From an uncultured Vicinamibacteraceae bacterium (GTDB lineage Bacteria > Acidobacteriota > Vicinamibacteria > Vicinamibacterales > UBA8438): DNA of 64,000 nt. The first letter of the stretch is position 1. Each line of letters starts with the position of its first letter. The DNA is taken from positions 61,620-125,619 of the forward strand of contig CAZJYU010000002.1 in the NCBI GenBank assembly GCA_964550305.1, in the 5' to 3' direction. This document shows, piece by piece, positions 39,325 to 48,369 of the stretch. The translations under genes and the position numbers were made by a program. The notes below the pieces were generated by a model. It worked only from the letters and a program-made list of their open reading frames with translations. It did no database searches and was not told the DNA's origin.

Positions 39325-42066
39325 TCAGTTCTCGTTCTCCTGTAGTTCCTGGAGGATCTCGCCGAGGCGTTCGAGTTCCGCGCCATAGAGCGCCCAGTCG
39401 CCGTCACGTTGAGCCTGAATGGCGCGCGTGTAATGGTTGTGTGCCTGACCCGCGAGCGTGGCGGGCGCCGGAGGCGTGACCTCGGCGATGGCGTCCGCTA
39501 TGGTCGTTTCGAACACGGTCTCGACCGGCTCGGTTGCGGTGGCGGCATCCGCAAGCAGCACGCTCGCGGGAGTCGTTCGGCGTTCGGGCGGCATGTCACG
39601 GAACAAGCGGTCGAGGGCGAGATCGAGCGTTTCCTCCATCACGATCTGGTCCTGGTAGGCGACGATGACGCGCGTCAATTCGGGGATCCGTCCGCCCGAG
39701 GCGCGGAGGTAGAGCGGCCGAATGTAGAGGAGCGCTTCCTCGATTGGGATTACCAGCAGCGTGCCCTGGATCACCTCGGAACCCTGTTGGTTCCACAACG
39801 TGATCTGTGGCGAGATCTCCTGATCCTGATTGATCCGCGCGACCACCTGCGACGGGCCGAACACCAGCTTCTGCTTGGGAAACTGGAAGACCAGCATCTT
39901 CCCGTAGTGCTCGCCGTCGCTCCGCGCCACCATCCACGCGGCGAGATTGTTCTTGCCGCGTGGTGTGAACGGAAGCATCTGGATGAACTCGGCCCGCTCC
40001 TCGCCTGGCAACCGCATGATGGTGTAGTAGGGTTCCATCTGCTCGTTGTCGATCACGGGCACTTCCCACTCGTCCTCGCGGTTGTAGAAAACCCCGGGGT
40101 TGGTCATGTGGAAGGTGGAGTACATCGCCGTCTGCAACGAGAAGATTCCTTCCGGGTAGCGGATGTGACTCCGCAACGACTCTGGCATCGTGTCGAGCGG
40201 CTGGAGCCACCCGGGAAAGATCCGGCCGAGGGTGACGGCAATCGGCTCGTCCGGTTCCGCCAGGTAGAAGGTGGTTTCGCCGTTGTAGGCGTCGATAACG
40301 ATCTTCACCGAGTTTCGGATGTAGTTGATGCCCCCCGCCACCGGCGTCGAATAGGGGTAGTTGCCGGTCAACGTGTACGCGTCCCGCATCCAGAAAAGCC
40401 GGCCATCGGCGATCACCAGGTACGGATCGGCGTCGTACCGGAGGAAGGGAGCGATGTTCGCCACCCGTTCCGAGATGTTCCGGTGGAAGATGACGCGGCT
40501 GTCGGCGTTGAGCTGCCCGCTCACCAGGATCTCGTAAGACCGGAAGCGCAGACTGAAGAGCAAGCGCTGAAAGAAAGTCCCGAGCTCGAGGCCGCCGGTG
40601 CCGGTATAGCGAATGGAGACGTTGTCGTCCCCCTGCGGGTAGTGGAATTCGTCGGTGTTCGTGTTGACGAGAACGTAGTCGTTCGACAGCTCGCCAAAGT
40701 AGATGCTCGGCTGATCCACATGCAGGTCGGTTTCCGAAGTCGGCGGCAGATCCTGGATGAAGAGCACCGGCAGGCCTTCGCCCGTCACCTGGTTGACCGG
40801 GCCGAGCGCCACGCCGAAGCCGTGCGTGTACTGCAGCCGCTCGTTGATCCAGGTGCGGTTCGGCAAACTGTCGGAGTTGAGTTCGCGGCTCGATAGCATC
40901 GTTTGCCGGTACTCTCCGTCGATCACGTAGCGGTCGTTGTCGACCGAGGCGAATTCGTAGTAAGTCCGGATTTCCTGGATCTGGCCGAACGTGTCGAGCA
41001 GCGGCTGGTGATCCCAGAGCCGGACGTTGTTGATCGTCTCGGCGTTGTTTTCGATGTCCTCCACCGACAGGAGCGCATCCCCCGACACCTGGCGTTCCTC
41101 CACCGAATCGAGGTCGAACGCGGTGCGCGTGCCGGCGATGTTGTCCCTAATGTAGGGCGCTTCCTTCTGCTGCTCGTCCGGCGTCACCACGAGTTGCTGC
41201 AGCAACGCCGCCGCCGCGCCGCCCCCGATCCACACTACCACGTAGGCTCCGACTGCCGCCACGACCGGCCAGGTCGTCGAAGCGAACGCGGCGTAGAGCG
41301 CCGCTCCCGCCGCGAGAGCGGCGACCGCCATGAGAAGACGGAAGACCGGCAGCCTGACCATCACGTCGACCCACGACGCCCCGTGGACAATCCCAGCCGG
41401 CGTGGTCAGCAGACGCGGCATGTCGAGATACGCGCCCCAGGCAAACAGGGCGAAAATCGCAGCGGCGAGCAGCAACAGGTGCTGGCGCGCGGCGGGCGCC
41501 ACCCGTAACTCCGTCTGATCGAGCGCAATCTCGCCGGCCACGATGTACGCCCCGGCGGCGCCGGCGAGAGACAGGACCACGGCCGACTGCAGCCCGAGCC
41601 GGACCAGGTCGAGGAACGGCAGCGTGAAGATGTAGAAGCCAGCGTCGCGGCCGAACAGCGGATCCGCCTCTCCGAAGGGGGTCGCATCCAGGAACTGCAG
41701 AACCGTCAGCCACTGGCTGGATGTCACCCCGGCGACGAAAAGCGCCACCAGCCCCGAGATGCCCAGGGCCAGCAGGCCGAGGTGCCGTCGTTCAAGCACC
41801 AGCGGTTGCAGATTGCCGCCGCCGGTGAACACGACGAAGGGCCGCCGCGCCCGCCGCACCGCGAACCGGAGGTTGCCGAAGAGGATCGTGAACGCGACGA
41901 GGAACGCTGCGATCCCAACCAGGCCCCGCGCCGTCAGGCTCTTGATGAATACGCCCTGGTAGCCCACCTCGCCGAACCAGAGCCATTCGGTGTACAGCTC
42001 CGCCATCGACGGCAGCATTACGAAGAGCGCCAGCAGTCCGACGGCGAACGAGAGTCTCGCAGACAT
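39325..42066 (-). CDS. UPF0182 family membrane protein
   Basis: N-terminus MSARLSFAVGLLALFV...LYTEWLWFGEVGYQGVF with about 7 TM segments, followed by a large extracytoplasmic domain. 913 aa. Confidence 0.85.
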   Translation of the reverse strand: MSARLSFAVGLLALFVMLPSMAELYTEWLWFGEVGYQGVFIKSLTARGLVGIAAFLVAFTILFGNLRFAVRRARRPFVVFTGGGNLQPLVLERRHLGLLALGISGLVALFVAGVTSSQWLTVLQFLDATPFGEADPLFGRDAGFYIFTLPFLDLVRLGLQSAVVLSLAGAAGAYIVAGEIALDQTELRVAPAARQHLLLLAAAIFALFAWGAYLDMPRLLTTPAGIVHGASWVDVMVRLPVFRLLMAVAALAAGAALYAAFASTTWPVVAAVGAYVVVWIGGGAAAALLQQLVVTPDEQQKEAPYIRDNIAGTRTAFDLDSVEERQVSGDALLSVEDIENNAETINNVRLWDHQPLLDTFGQIQEIRTYYEFASVDNDRYVIDGEYRQTMLSSRELNSDSLPNRTWINERLQYTHGFGVALGPVNQVTGEGLPVLFIQDLPPTSETDLHVDQPSIYFGELSNDYVLVNTNTDEFHYPQGDDNVSIRYTGTGGLELGTFFQRLLFSLRFRSYEILVSGQLNADSRVIFHRNISERVANIAPFLRYDADPYLVIADGRLFWMRDAYTLTGNYPYSTPVAGGINYIRNSVKIVIDAYNGETTFYLAEPDEPIAVTLGRIFPGWLQPLDTMPESLRSHIRYPEGIFSLQTAMYSTFHMTNPGVFYNREDEWEVPVIDNEQMEPYYTIMRLPGEERAEFIQMLPFTPRGKNNLAAWMVARSDGEHYGKMLVFQFPKQKLVFGPSQVVARINQDQEISPQITLWNQQGSEVIQGTLLVIPIEEALLYIRPLYLRASGGRIPELTRVIVAYQDQIVMEETLDLALDRLFRDMPPERRTTPASVLLADAATATEPVETVFETTIADAIAEVTPPAPATLAGQAHNHYTRAIQAQRDGDWALYGAELERLGEILQELQENEN

Positions 42067-42165
42067 CGTACCTCGAAGGTTACGTGAGCCGGCGCTCCCG
42101 CTGCAACCCTCTTTCGACGACTGTCGTCCACTGCGAGCGTGACGCCGTGACCGGTCGCCGTCCCG

Positions 42166-42738
42166 CTATTGGCCGAGCCCCCGGTAGACGACTCCCAGTT
42201 GCAAGCGGGTCTGGCCGAACGGTGCTGCCGCGTGCACACGCCGATAGTCGACGCCGGCCCGAATCGCCAACGGCGCGTTGGGGATCAGCACATCCACGCC
42301 GCCCCCAACCTGCCAGGCCGCGTGGAGCTCGCGGAAGCGGCCGCTCGTCATGAACACCCGGTCGGCAACCGCGGCGGTCTCGATGCGCGAGCCCCCGGCG
42401 AACGCCTGCGCGAAGGGCTGCAGGAATCCGGCGTCCACGCCGACGCGCCCTCCCGCCATCGCCTGCAGAAACTCGACACTCACCGCGAGCAGGCCAACAT
42501 CCCGGGCGAGCCGGTTGATCCCCGCCTCGAAGGCAAGCGTCAGCGGTCCCGCCACACGCCATCCCACCCCGATCAGCGCGCCCGTGCCACGCCCGTCGAC
42601 AATTCCGCCACCCTCCAGCCGCGTGATCCCCCCGGCTACCTCCAGGCGCACATCGGCTTCCTGCGCCGCCGCCGCGCAGGGGGCCATCCACAGGCAGACT
42701 ACGAACGCCAGCCGGGGGGCGCCGGAGCGGATCGGCAT
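42166..42738 (-). CDS. Small outer-membrane beta-barrel protein (OmpW/OmpX-size)
   Basis: Signal peptide ending AAAAQE. Alternating hydrophobic beta-strand pattern rich in Gly/Ala/Val with aromatic residues at strand ends. 190 aa. Confidence 0.6.
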   Translation of the reverse strand: MPIRSGAPRLAFVVCLWMAPCAAAAQEADVRLEVAGGITRLEGGGIVDGRGTGALIGVGWRVAGPLTLAFEAGINRLARDVGLLAVSVEFLQAMAGGRVGVDAGFLQPFAQAFAGGSRIETAAVADRVFMTSGRFRELHAAWQVGGGVDVLIPNAPLAIRAGVDYRRVHAAAPFGQTRLQLGVVYRGLGQ

Positions 42739-42741
42739 CGG

Positions 42742-43929
42742 TCAGAGGGCGCGCAGCGCCGTGGCGACGGGAAGGCGGGCGGCGCGGATGGCGGGGAACA
42801 GGCCGCCGACGAAGCCCATGGTTACGGCGATCAGCACACCTTGCAGCGTCAGAGCCGGCGTCACCATGAAGGCGAACGCCACCTGGCTGAAGGTCTGCCA
42901 GTTGATCGTCGACGTCTGAAAGTTGTCGAACGCGAAGTAAGCGAGCATGCCGCCGATGATGCCGCCTGCCGCGCTCAACAGGACCGATTCGATCATCACC
43001 GAAATGACGACCGGGAGGCTCGAGAAGCCGAGGGCGCGCAGCGTTGCGATCTCGCGGCTCCGTGTTGCGACTGCGGTGTACATCGTGTTGATGGCGCCGA
43101 AGACGGCGCCGATTCCCATGAGGATGGCGACCAGCGTGCCGATGCCGGTGATGATGCCGGTGATCAACTCCGACTGCCCAGCGTAGTAGTCGGTCTCGCG
43201 CTCCACCATCACGTCAAGCCGGGGGTCGGCCGTGAGCGCATCCCTGAAGGTGTCGAAGCTTTCTGCTGACTCCAGTCTCGCGTAGACCGATTGCACCGTG
43301 TCGCCTCGGCGGTAGGCGGGAGCGAGAACGCGCGCGTCGCACCAGATCTCAGACTCGGCGACAGTGCCGTCCGCCTCGAAGATCCCAACGACCTGCCACG
43401 CGTTCTCTCCCCAGCGCTGTGTCGCACCCAGGTCGATGCCGGCGAACTGCGCGACGGCCGCCCGGCCCGCGATGATCTCGTTCGTGCCCGGACGAAACGC
43501 GCGACCCTCCACAATCCGCACCTCGCCGCGGATGTCGAACGCGGCGGGCTCGACGCCGCGCAGCGGTACGTTGGCGCTCGTACCGGTGCTGCGTTTGGGC
43601 ACGTCCACGACCACGAACAGCTCGGCGGAAGCGACCGGTCCGCGTTCGGTCCGCTGCACGCCGGGGGCGTCCTTGATGATGCGGCTGCTGTCCAGATCGA
43701 AGGCGCTGCTCAGTTCGGTGTCGCTTCCGCCCCGCATGACGATCGCCGTGTCAGGGGAGCCCGCCCCGAGCATTGCGGCGCGGAATCCCTCGGCGATGGA
43801 CAGGACGGCGACGAAGACGACGACCACGCCGGTGATTCCCACGACGGCGACGGTCGACGAGCCGGCGCGCTGAGGGATCGTCCGGATCGTCAGGGCCGTG
43901 ACTGCCGCCACCTGGGCCAGTAGTCGCAT
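42742..43929 (-). CDS. ABC transporter permease, FtsX/MacB type
   Basis: N-terminal TM, a large periplasmic domain, and a C-terminal 3-TM FtsX domain (REIATLRALGFS...). Confidence 0.88.
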   Translation of the reverse strand: MRLLAQVAAVTALTIRTIPQRAGSSTVAVVGITGVVVVFVAVLSIAEGFRAAMLGAGSPDTAIVMRGGSDTELSSAFDLDSSRIIKDAPGVQRTERGPVASAELFVVVDVPKRSTGTSANVPLRGVEPAAFDIRGEVRIVEGRAFRPGTNEIIAGRAAVAQFAGIDLGATQRWGENAWQVVGIFEADGTVAESEIWCDARVLAPAYRRGDTVQSVYARLESAESFDTFRDALTADPRLDVMVERETDYYAGQSELITGIITGIGTLVAILMGIGAVFGAINTMYTAVATRSREIATLRALGFSSLPVVISVMIESVLLSAAGGIIGGMLAYFAFDNFQTSTINWQTFSQVAFAFMVTPALTLQGVLIAVTMGFVGGLFPAIRAARLPVATALRAL

Positions 43930-43942
43930 GGACGGGATCCGC

Positions 43943-45091
43943 CTATGTCTTTCGGAGCGCGGTGACGATTCTGAGCCGCGTTGCCTGCACGCCGGGCAGG
44001 ATGCCGGTGGCCAGTCCGAGCAGGAGGGTCAGCCCGACACCGACCAGCCAGTCCCCGGACGGCACGCCGAACACCGGCAAGAAGCCGCCGGTCGGGTCTC
44101 CCAGGTTGGTCAGCAGGAAGCCGAGCCCAAGTCCGATCGCGCCTCCCGCCACCGCCAGCGCCATGGACTCTAGCAGCACCAGCAGCAGGACCTTCCGGTC
44201 CGTGAAGCCCAGCGTCTTCAGCACTGCCAGCTCGCTCGTTCGCTCGCGGATGGCCTGCGCCATCGTGTTGGCCGCGATCACCAGGATCGTAAAGAAGACC
44301 GCGCTCAGAATGGCCGTGAGAATGGCGCCGATGTTGCCCACCTGATCGGCGAAGCCCTGCAGGAACGCTTCCTCGGTCGTGGTCTTCGTTTCCGCCGGGG
44401 AGTTGGCGAAGCGGGCGTCCACTGCTGCCGCCACGTCCACGGCGCGGGCCGGATCGTCTACGCGGATAACGAACTGCCCGATCTGACGGTAGGCGTCATT
44501 GGTCTCCGCCAGATAGTCGTAGTGGAAGTACATGGTCGACGTGTCGTACCCCTCCTCGCCGGCTTCGTAGATGCCGTCGATGGTGAACTCCCAGGGGGCG
44601 TCGTCCGGCGTGCGAAAGATAGTGCCCTGCAGCGGGATCCGGTCACCCACTTCGAATCCGAACCGGTCGGCGGTGGCGCGTCCAAGGATGGCGCCAGTCC
44701 GGTTGCCGACCCAGCGTTCCCGCTCTTCGGCCGTGAGCACGATCTCCGGGTAGAGCCGCAGGTAGCTCTCGGGGTCGACCGCGAACTGCGCGAAAAAGTT
44801 GCGCGGATCCTGGTAGATGCCGCCGAACCACTGTGCGAAGCTCAGATCCGCCACGCCGTCGATCGACGCGATCCGTCCCCGATAGCTCTCCGGCATCGGC
44901 TGAATGAGCGACACCTTGTGAATCACGAGCAGGCGGTCGGCGCCCGCCACCGAAACTCCACCGCTGAATGCCTGGCGGACCGCCATGAGGTATGCGAACA
45001 GCACGAAGGCGACGACGATCGATCCAACGGTAAAGAACGTTCGCACCTTCCGCCGGAACAGGTTCTTCCAGACGAGCGGCAGGTACTTCAT
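43943..45091 (-). CDS. ABC transporter permease, FtsX/MacB type
   Basis: Same architecture as the neighbouring permease (TSELAVLKTLGFT...). The start overlaps the ATPase stop (ATGA). Confidence 0.88.
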   Translation of the reverse strand: MKYLPLVWKNLFRRKVRTFFTVGSIVVAFVLFAYLMAVRQAFSGGVSVAGADRLLVIHKVSLIQPMPESYRGRIASIDGVADLSFAQWFGGIYQDPRNFFAQFAVDPESYLRLYPEIVLTAEERERWVGNRTGAILGRATADRFGFEVGDRIPLQGTIFRTPDDAPWEFTIDGIYEAGEEGYDTSTMYFHYDYLAETNDAYRQIGQFVIRVDDPARAVDVAAAVDARFANSPAETKTTTEEAFLQGFADQVGNIGAILTAILSAVFFTILVIAANTMAQAIRERTSELAVLKTLGFTDRKVLLLVLLESMALAVAGGAIGLGLGFLLTNLGDPTGGFLPVFGVPSGDWLVGVGLTLLLGLATGILPGVQATRLRIVTALRKT

Positions 45092-45783
45092 GCAACCGGT
45101 TCCGTCGAGAGCGCGCCCTTGTTCAGGAAGAGCGTGCGCCGGGCGCGGGCCGCGGCCCGCGCGTCGTGCGTCACCATGACGATCGTCTTGCCATGCTCGC
45201 GGTTGAGCGCCTCTAGCAGATCGAGGATCTCGTCGCCCGACTTCCGGTCAAGGTCGCCGGTCGGCTCGTCGCATAGCAGCAGCGTCGGGTCGGTCACGAT
45301 GGCGCGCGCGATGCCGACCCGCTGTTCCTGGCCGCCCGAGAGTTGCCGCGGATAGTGCTTCGCCCGATCGGACAGCCCGACCACCTCGAGCGCCGTCGCC
45401 ACGTGCTTTCTCCGTTCGGCGCGCGCGAGCGGGGTCAGCAGCAGCGGCAACTCGACATTGCGCTCGGCGGTCAGGACCGGCAGAAGGTTATAGAACTGAA
45501 AGACGAAACCGATATGCCGCGCGCGCCAGCGGGCGAGCTTGCCTCCCGACATCCGGTCGATCCGGTCACCGCCGACAACAACCGAACCGTCCGTCGGCGT
45601 GTCAAGGCCGCCCAGCAGGTTGAGCAGCGTGGTCTTTCCTGACCCCGAAGGGCCCATCAGGGCGAGGAAGTCGCCCTCCGGCATCTCCAGGCTCAGCCCC
45701 TGCAGGACATCGATCCGTTCCGATCCCCGCCGGAACTCCTTGTGCAGGTCTCGAACCGCGACCAATGCGCCGTTATCGCTCAT
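45088..45783 (-). CDS. ABC transporter ATP-binding protein (MacB/LolD-type)
   Basis: Walker A GPSGSGKTT, signature LSGGQEQR, Walker B LLLCDEPTGDLD. Confidence 0.93.
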   Translation of the reverse strand: MSDNGALVAVRDLHKEFRRGSERIDVLQGLSLEMPEGDFLALMGPSGSGKTTLLNLLGGLDTPTDGSVVVGGDRIDRMSGGKLARWRARHIGFVFQFYNLLPVLTAERNVELPLLLTPLARAERRKHVATALEVVGLSDRAKHYPRQLSGGQEQRVGIARAIVTDPTLLLCDEPTGDLDRKSGDEILDLLEALNREHGKTIVMVTHDARAAARARRTLFLNKGALSTEPVA

Positions 45784-45820
45784 GGTGCGATAGCCTCCAG
45801 GCCGGCACGTCCTCTTCCAC

Positions 45821-47044
45821 CTACGCCGTCGTCACCCGATCCCCACCCGCCAACTCCGCCGGCGGATCCACTACCACCCGGTCACCGGGGGTAACCCCGG
45901 ACAACACTTCGATCTCGTCGCCATCCTCGATCCCGAGCGTCACCGCCCGGCGCTCCACAGTTTCTCCCCGCAGGAGGAAGATCGCCTGCGCTTCGCCCTC
46001 ATCCCGAACCGCCGCGGCCGGAATCCAGAGCCGCGGCCGGGCGTCGGGATCATCGACGGTTACCGGCGTTCCCACTTGGAGGAACGCAACGTTCACCCCC
46101 ATGTCGGGCAGGATTCTCGGGTCGCCCAGCTCGTCGAATGCAATCCGCACCAGCACCGTCGCCCGCTGCCGGTCCGCCGCCGGAATCGTGGTGATGACTG
46201 ACGCCGGGATATCCCATTCCGGGTAGGCGTCCAGATTGGCCACGACTCGCTGCCCTGGCTCGACCCGGCCGATGTAACTCTCGTTCACGTCCACTTCAAT
46301 CTCGAGCGACGACATGTCGACCAGCGTACAAATCCCGGTTCGCGTAAACCCTCCTCCCGCGCTGACTGGCGAAATCATCTCTCCGGGCTGCGCATCCTTC
46401 GAGATGGCCACACCGCCGAACGGCGCGCGGATTACCATGTCATCCAGCGCCGTGCGCTGCAGATCGATCTGACGTTCCGCCACGACGATCTGTTCCCGCT
46501 GATTCGCGATTCGCGCCTGCAGCGAGTCCGCCTCCGCCCGGGATGTGTCGAACTCCGCCTGCCCAATGATCCCTTGCTCGAGCAGCCGCTCGCGCCGCCC
46601 GAGGTCGAGCATGGCCTCGTTGTAGCGCACGTCCATCTCAGCCAGCGCACCGCGCGCCGCCTGCAACTGCGCCTCGCTCAGCGCCAGGCGCGACCGTTCA
46701 ACCGAGTCATCCAGCTTGGCCAGCACCTGTCCCTCGCGAACGGACATCCCCTCTTCGACCAGCACCTCGGCAATGCGCCCGGTCACCTTGGAGGAAACGG
46801 TCGACTGCAGCCGCGCCGTTACGTACCCGGAGGCGTTCAGAACCGTCGGCTGCCCGTCTCCGGCGACCGTCTGCCGGACCGCGGCCGTCCGCACGACCGG
46901 GACCTGCGATGCGTCCCACCACCGCCACGCCGCCATGCCGCCGGCGCCGGCGATCGCTACCGCACCGAGTACACCCGTCACCGGCCCTATCCAGTTAGAC
47001 CGACGCCGCGACCGGTCAATCCTGAGATCGTCGAGGGATGCCAT
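45821..47044 (-). CDS. Efflux transporter periplasmic adaptor subunit (HlyD/MacA family)
   Basis: N-terminal TM anchor, lipoyl-like and coiled-coil hairpin regions, and beta-barrel and membrane-proximal domains. Start set at ATG 47044 (MASLDDLRIDRS...). The rest of the 632-aa track ORF is Arg-rich and antisense to a better ORF. Confidence 0.85.
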   Translation of the reverse strand: MASLDDLRIDRSRRRSNWIGPVTGVLGAVAIAGAGGMAAWRWWDASQVPVVRTAAVRQTVAGDGQPTVLNASGYVTARLQSTVSSKVTGRIAEVLVEEGMSVREGQVLAKLDDSVERSRLALSEAQLQAARGALAEMDVRYNEAMLDLGRRERLLEQGIIGQAEFDTSRAEADSLQARIANQREQIVVAERQIDLQRTALDDMVIRAPFGGVAISKDAQPGEMISPVSAGGGFTRTGICTLVDMSSLEIEVDVNESYIGRVEPGQRVVANLDAYPEWDIPASVITTIPAADRQRATVLVRIAFDELGDPRILPDMGVNVAFLQVGTPVTVDDPDARPRLWIPAAAVRDEGEAQAIFLLRGETVERRAVTLGIEDGDEIEVLSGVTPGDRVVVDPPAELAGGDRVTTA

Positions 47045-47170
47045 GTCCGATCTGGCATCGTAGCAGACGGACCGAGTTGCAGGCCCCGGCGGCCGGAGTC
47101 CCGGACAGCCCGCGATCTGGACAAAGGGCCAGCAGTTAGAGTAGATAAGGGTGACCCGCCACCCGACGGC

Positions 47171-47671
47171 ATGTCGAGGAAATACCTTCAGCGCGGATAC
47201 CAGGAAGGCGCACGCGAACCGTCCGACCGCGTACCGGATCGCGATCGCCGGCCGAAGGGTGACGGCCGCCCGCGGCGCGGCTATGGATCCCGCGAGCCCC
47301 GCACGATCAACATGCCGGCGTTCCATGAGGTGATGAAGTGCGACCGCTGCGGGCAGTCGCTCGACTCCACCTCCATCCGGTTCGATGCGCAATGCGAGGG
47401 CTGCGGCGCCGACCTTCACAGTTGCGCCCAGTGCACCTGGTTCGACACGAGCCAGACGCTGGAGTGCGCTCAGCCGATCACGAAGCGGGTCTCGCCGAAG
47501 GACCGGCGGAACGACTGCACCTATTTCGAGCCACGTGTCACCGTAGAACGGGAAACGCATTCCCGGGTGGCGCCCGCGCCTGCGTATCCCGACGAGGGAG
47601 GGCCGTCGTCGTCGGAGCCGTCCCCCGATGCGGCCAGCGCGCGGCAGGCGTTCAACGACCTGTTCAAGTAG
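47171..47671 (+). CDS. Hypothetical zinc-ribbon protein
   Basis: CDRCG...CEGCG...CAQC...C cysteine pairs preceded by a basic Arg/Asp-rich N-terminus. GC3-rich codons. The stop TAG shares its last base with the next gene's GTG. Confidence 0.6.
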   Translation: MSRKYLQRGYQEGAREPSDRVPDRDRRPKGDGRPRRGYGSREPRTINMPAFHEVMKCDRCGQSLDSTSIRFDAQCEGCGADLHSCAQCTWFDTSQTLECAQPITKRVSPKDRRNDCTYFEPRVTVERETHSRVAPAPAYPDEGGPSSSEPSPDAASARQAFNDLFK

Positions 47672-48342
47672 TGGATTTCGCAGGCCCGTCCTACGGTCTC
47701 GAGTCGCGCCTCGGCGCACTTGCCGCGCCGGTTCGGTTGGCCTTCTTCACGCAGACGTTCGGGTGCGACAGTTGCCTGGCGGCGCGGCAGGTGGTTGACC
47801 GCATTGCCGCTGCCTCCGATCAGGTGACGGTGGTGGAGCACAACCTGGTGCTGGACCGCGAACCGGTAGAGGCGTACGGTGTCGACCGGGCGCCTGCGCT
47901 CGCCGTGGTGGGCGGCGCGGGCGGGGTCGGTGATCTGGGCATACGCTATTACGGTGTCCCCGCCGGCTTCGAGGTGGAATCGATCGTCGAAGCGATCGAA
48001 CTCGTGGCGGCGGGCGGTCCTGCGGCCGTGCAGGCCGGCAAGGCGGCGTTGAGCGAGGACACACTCGACGCGGTGGACGCACTCGACCGCGACGTCCACC
48101 TGCGCGTCTTCGTTACTCCCACCTGACGGTTCTGTCCCCAGGCGGTCAGCCTGGCCTGGCGTCTGGCGGCAGCGAGTCCGAGAATCACCGCCACGGTGAT
48201 CGAAGCCACCGAGTTCCCCGACCTCGCGCAGCAGTACCGCGTCACCGGCGTGCCGAAGACGGTGGTGGACGGCGCCATCGAGATCGTCGGCGCGCTCCCC
48301 GAAGCGGAATTCGTGGCCCAGGCCCTCGGCGCCGGCGCGTAG
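47671..48342 (+). CDS. Glutaredoxin-like protein disulfide oxidoreductase (PfPDO family), candidate selenoprotein with in-frame UGA (Sec) at codon 152
   Basis: Two thioredoxin-fold units. The first has FGCDSCLAARQV, DRAPALAV and RYYGVPAGFE. The second reads VFVTPT-TGA-RFCPQAV...IEATEFPDLAQQYRVTGVPKTVV. TGA at 48124-48126. The frame stays open and codon-biased to TAG 48340-48342. Confidence 0.7.
48138..48154 (+). promoter_or_regulatory. SECIS-like hairpin CCAGGC-GGUCA-GCCUGG
   Basis: A perfect 6-bp GC stem with a 5-nt GGUCA loop. The stem starts 11 nt after the UGA, and the loop GGU falls at +18 to +20. Confidence 0.5.
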
Positions 48343-48369
48343 TCCGGAAGCTGCGGCTATCATCGCTTC

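Noticed and set aside
46574-47170. Upstream 199 codons of the 365-aa track ORF 46574-47671
   Set aside because: This part is antisense to the HlyD adaptor gene and is Arg/Pro-rich. Only the segment from ATG 47171 (MSRKYLQRGYQEG...) looks coding.
48124-48126. TGA as an ordinary stop, or as a recent Cys-to-stop pseudogenising mutation or sequencing error
   Set aside because: Not fully excluded. I judge it less likely for three reasons: 72 downstream codons keep frame, codon bias and family-specific sequence; the stop falls precisely on a redox Cys; and a hairpin sits at SECIS distance. It is kept as the explicit alternative in the finding.
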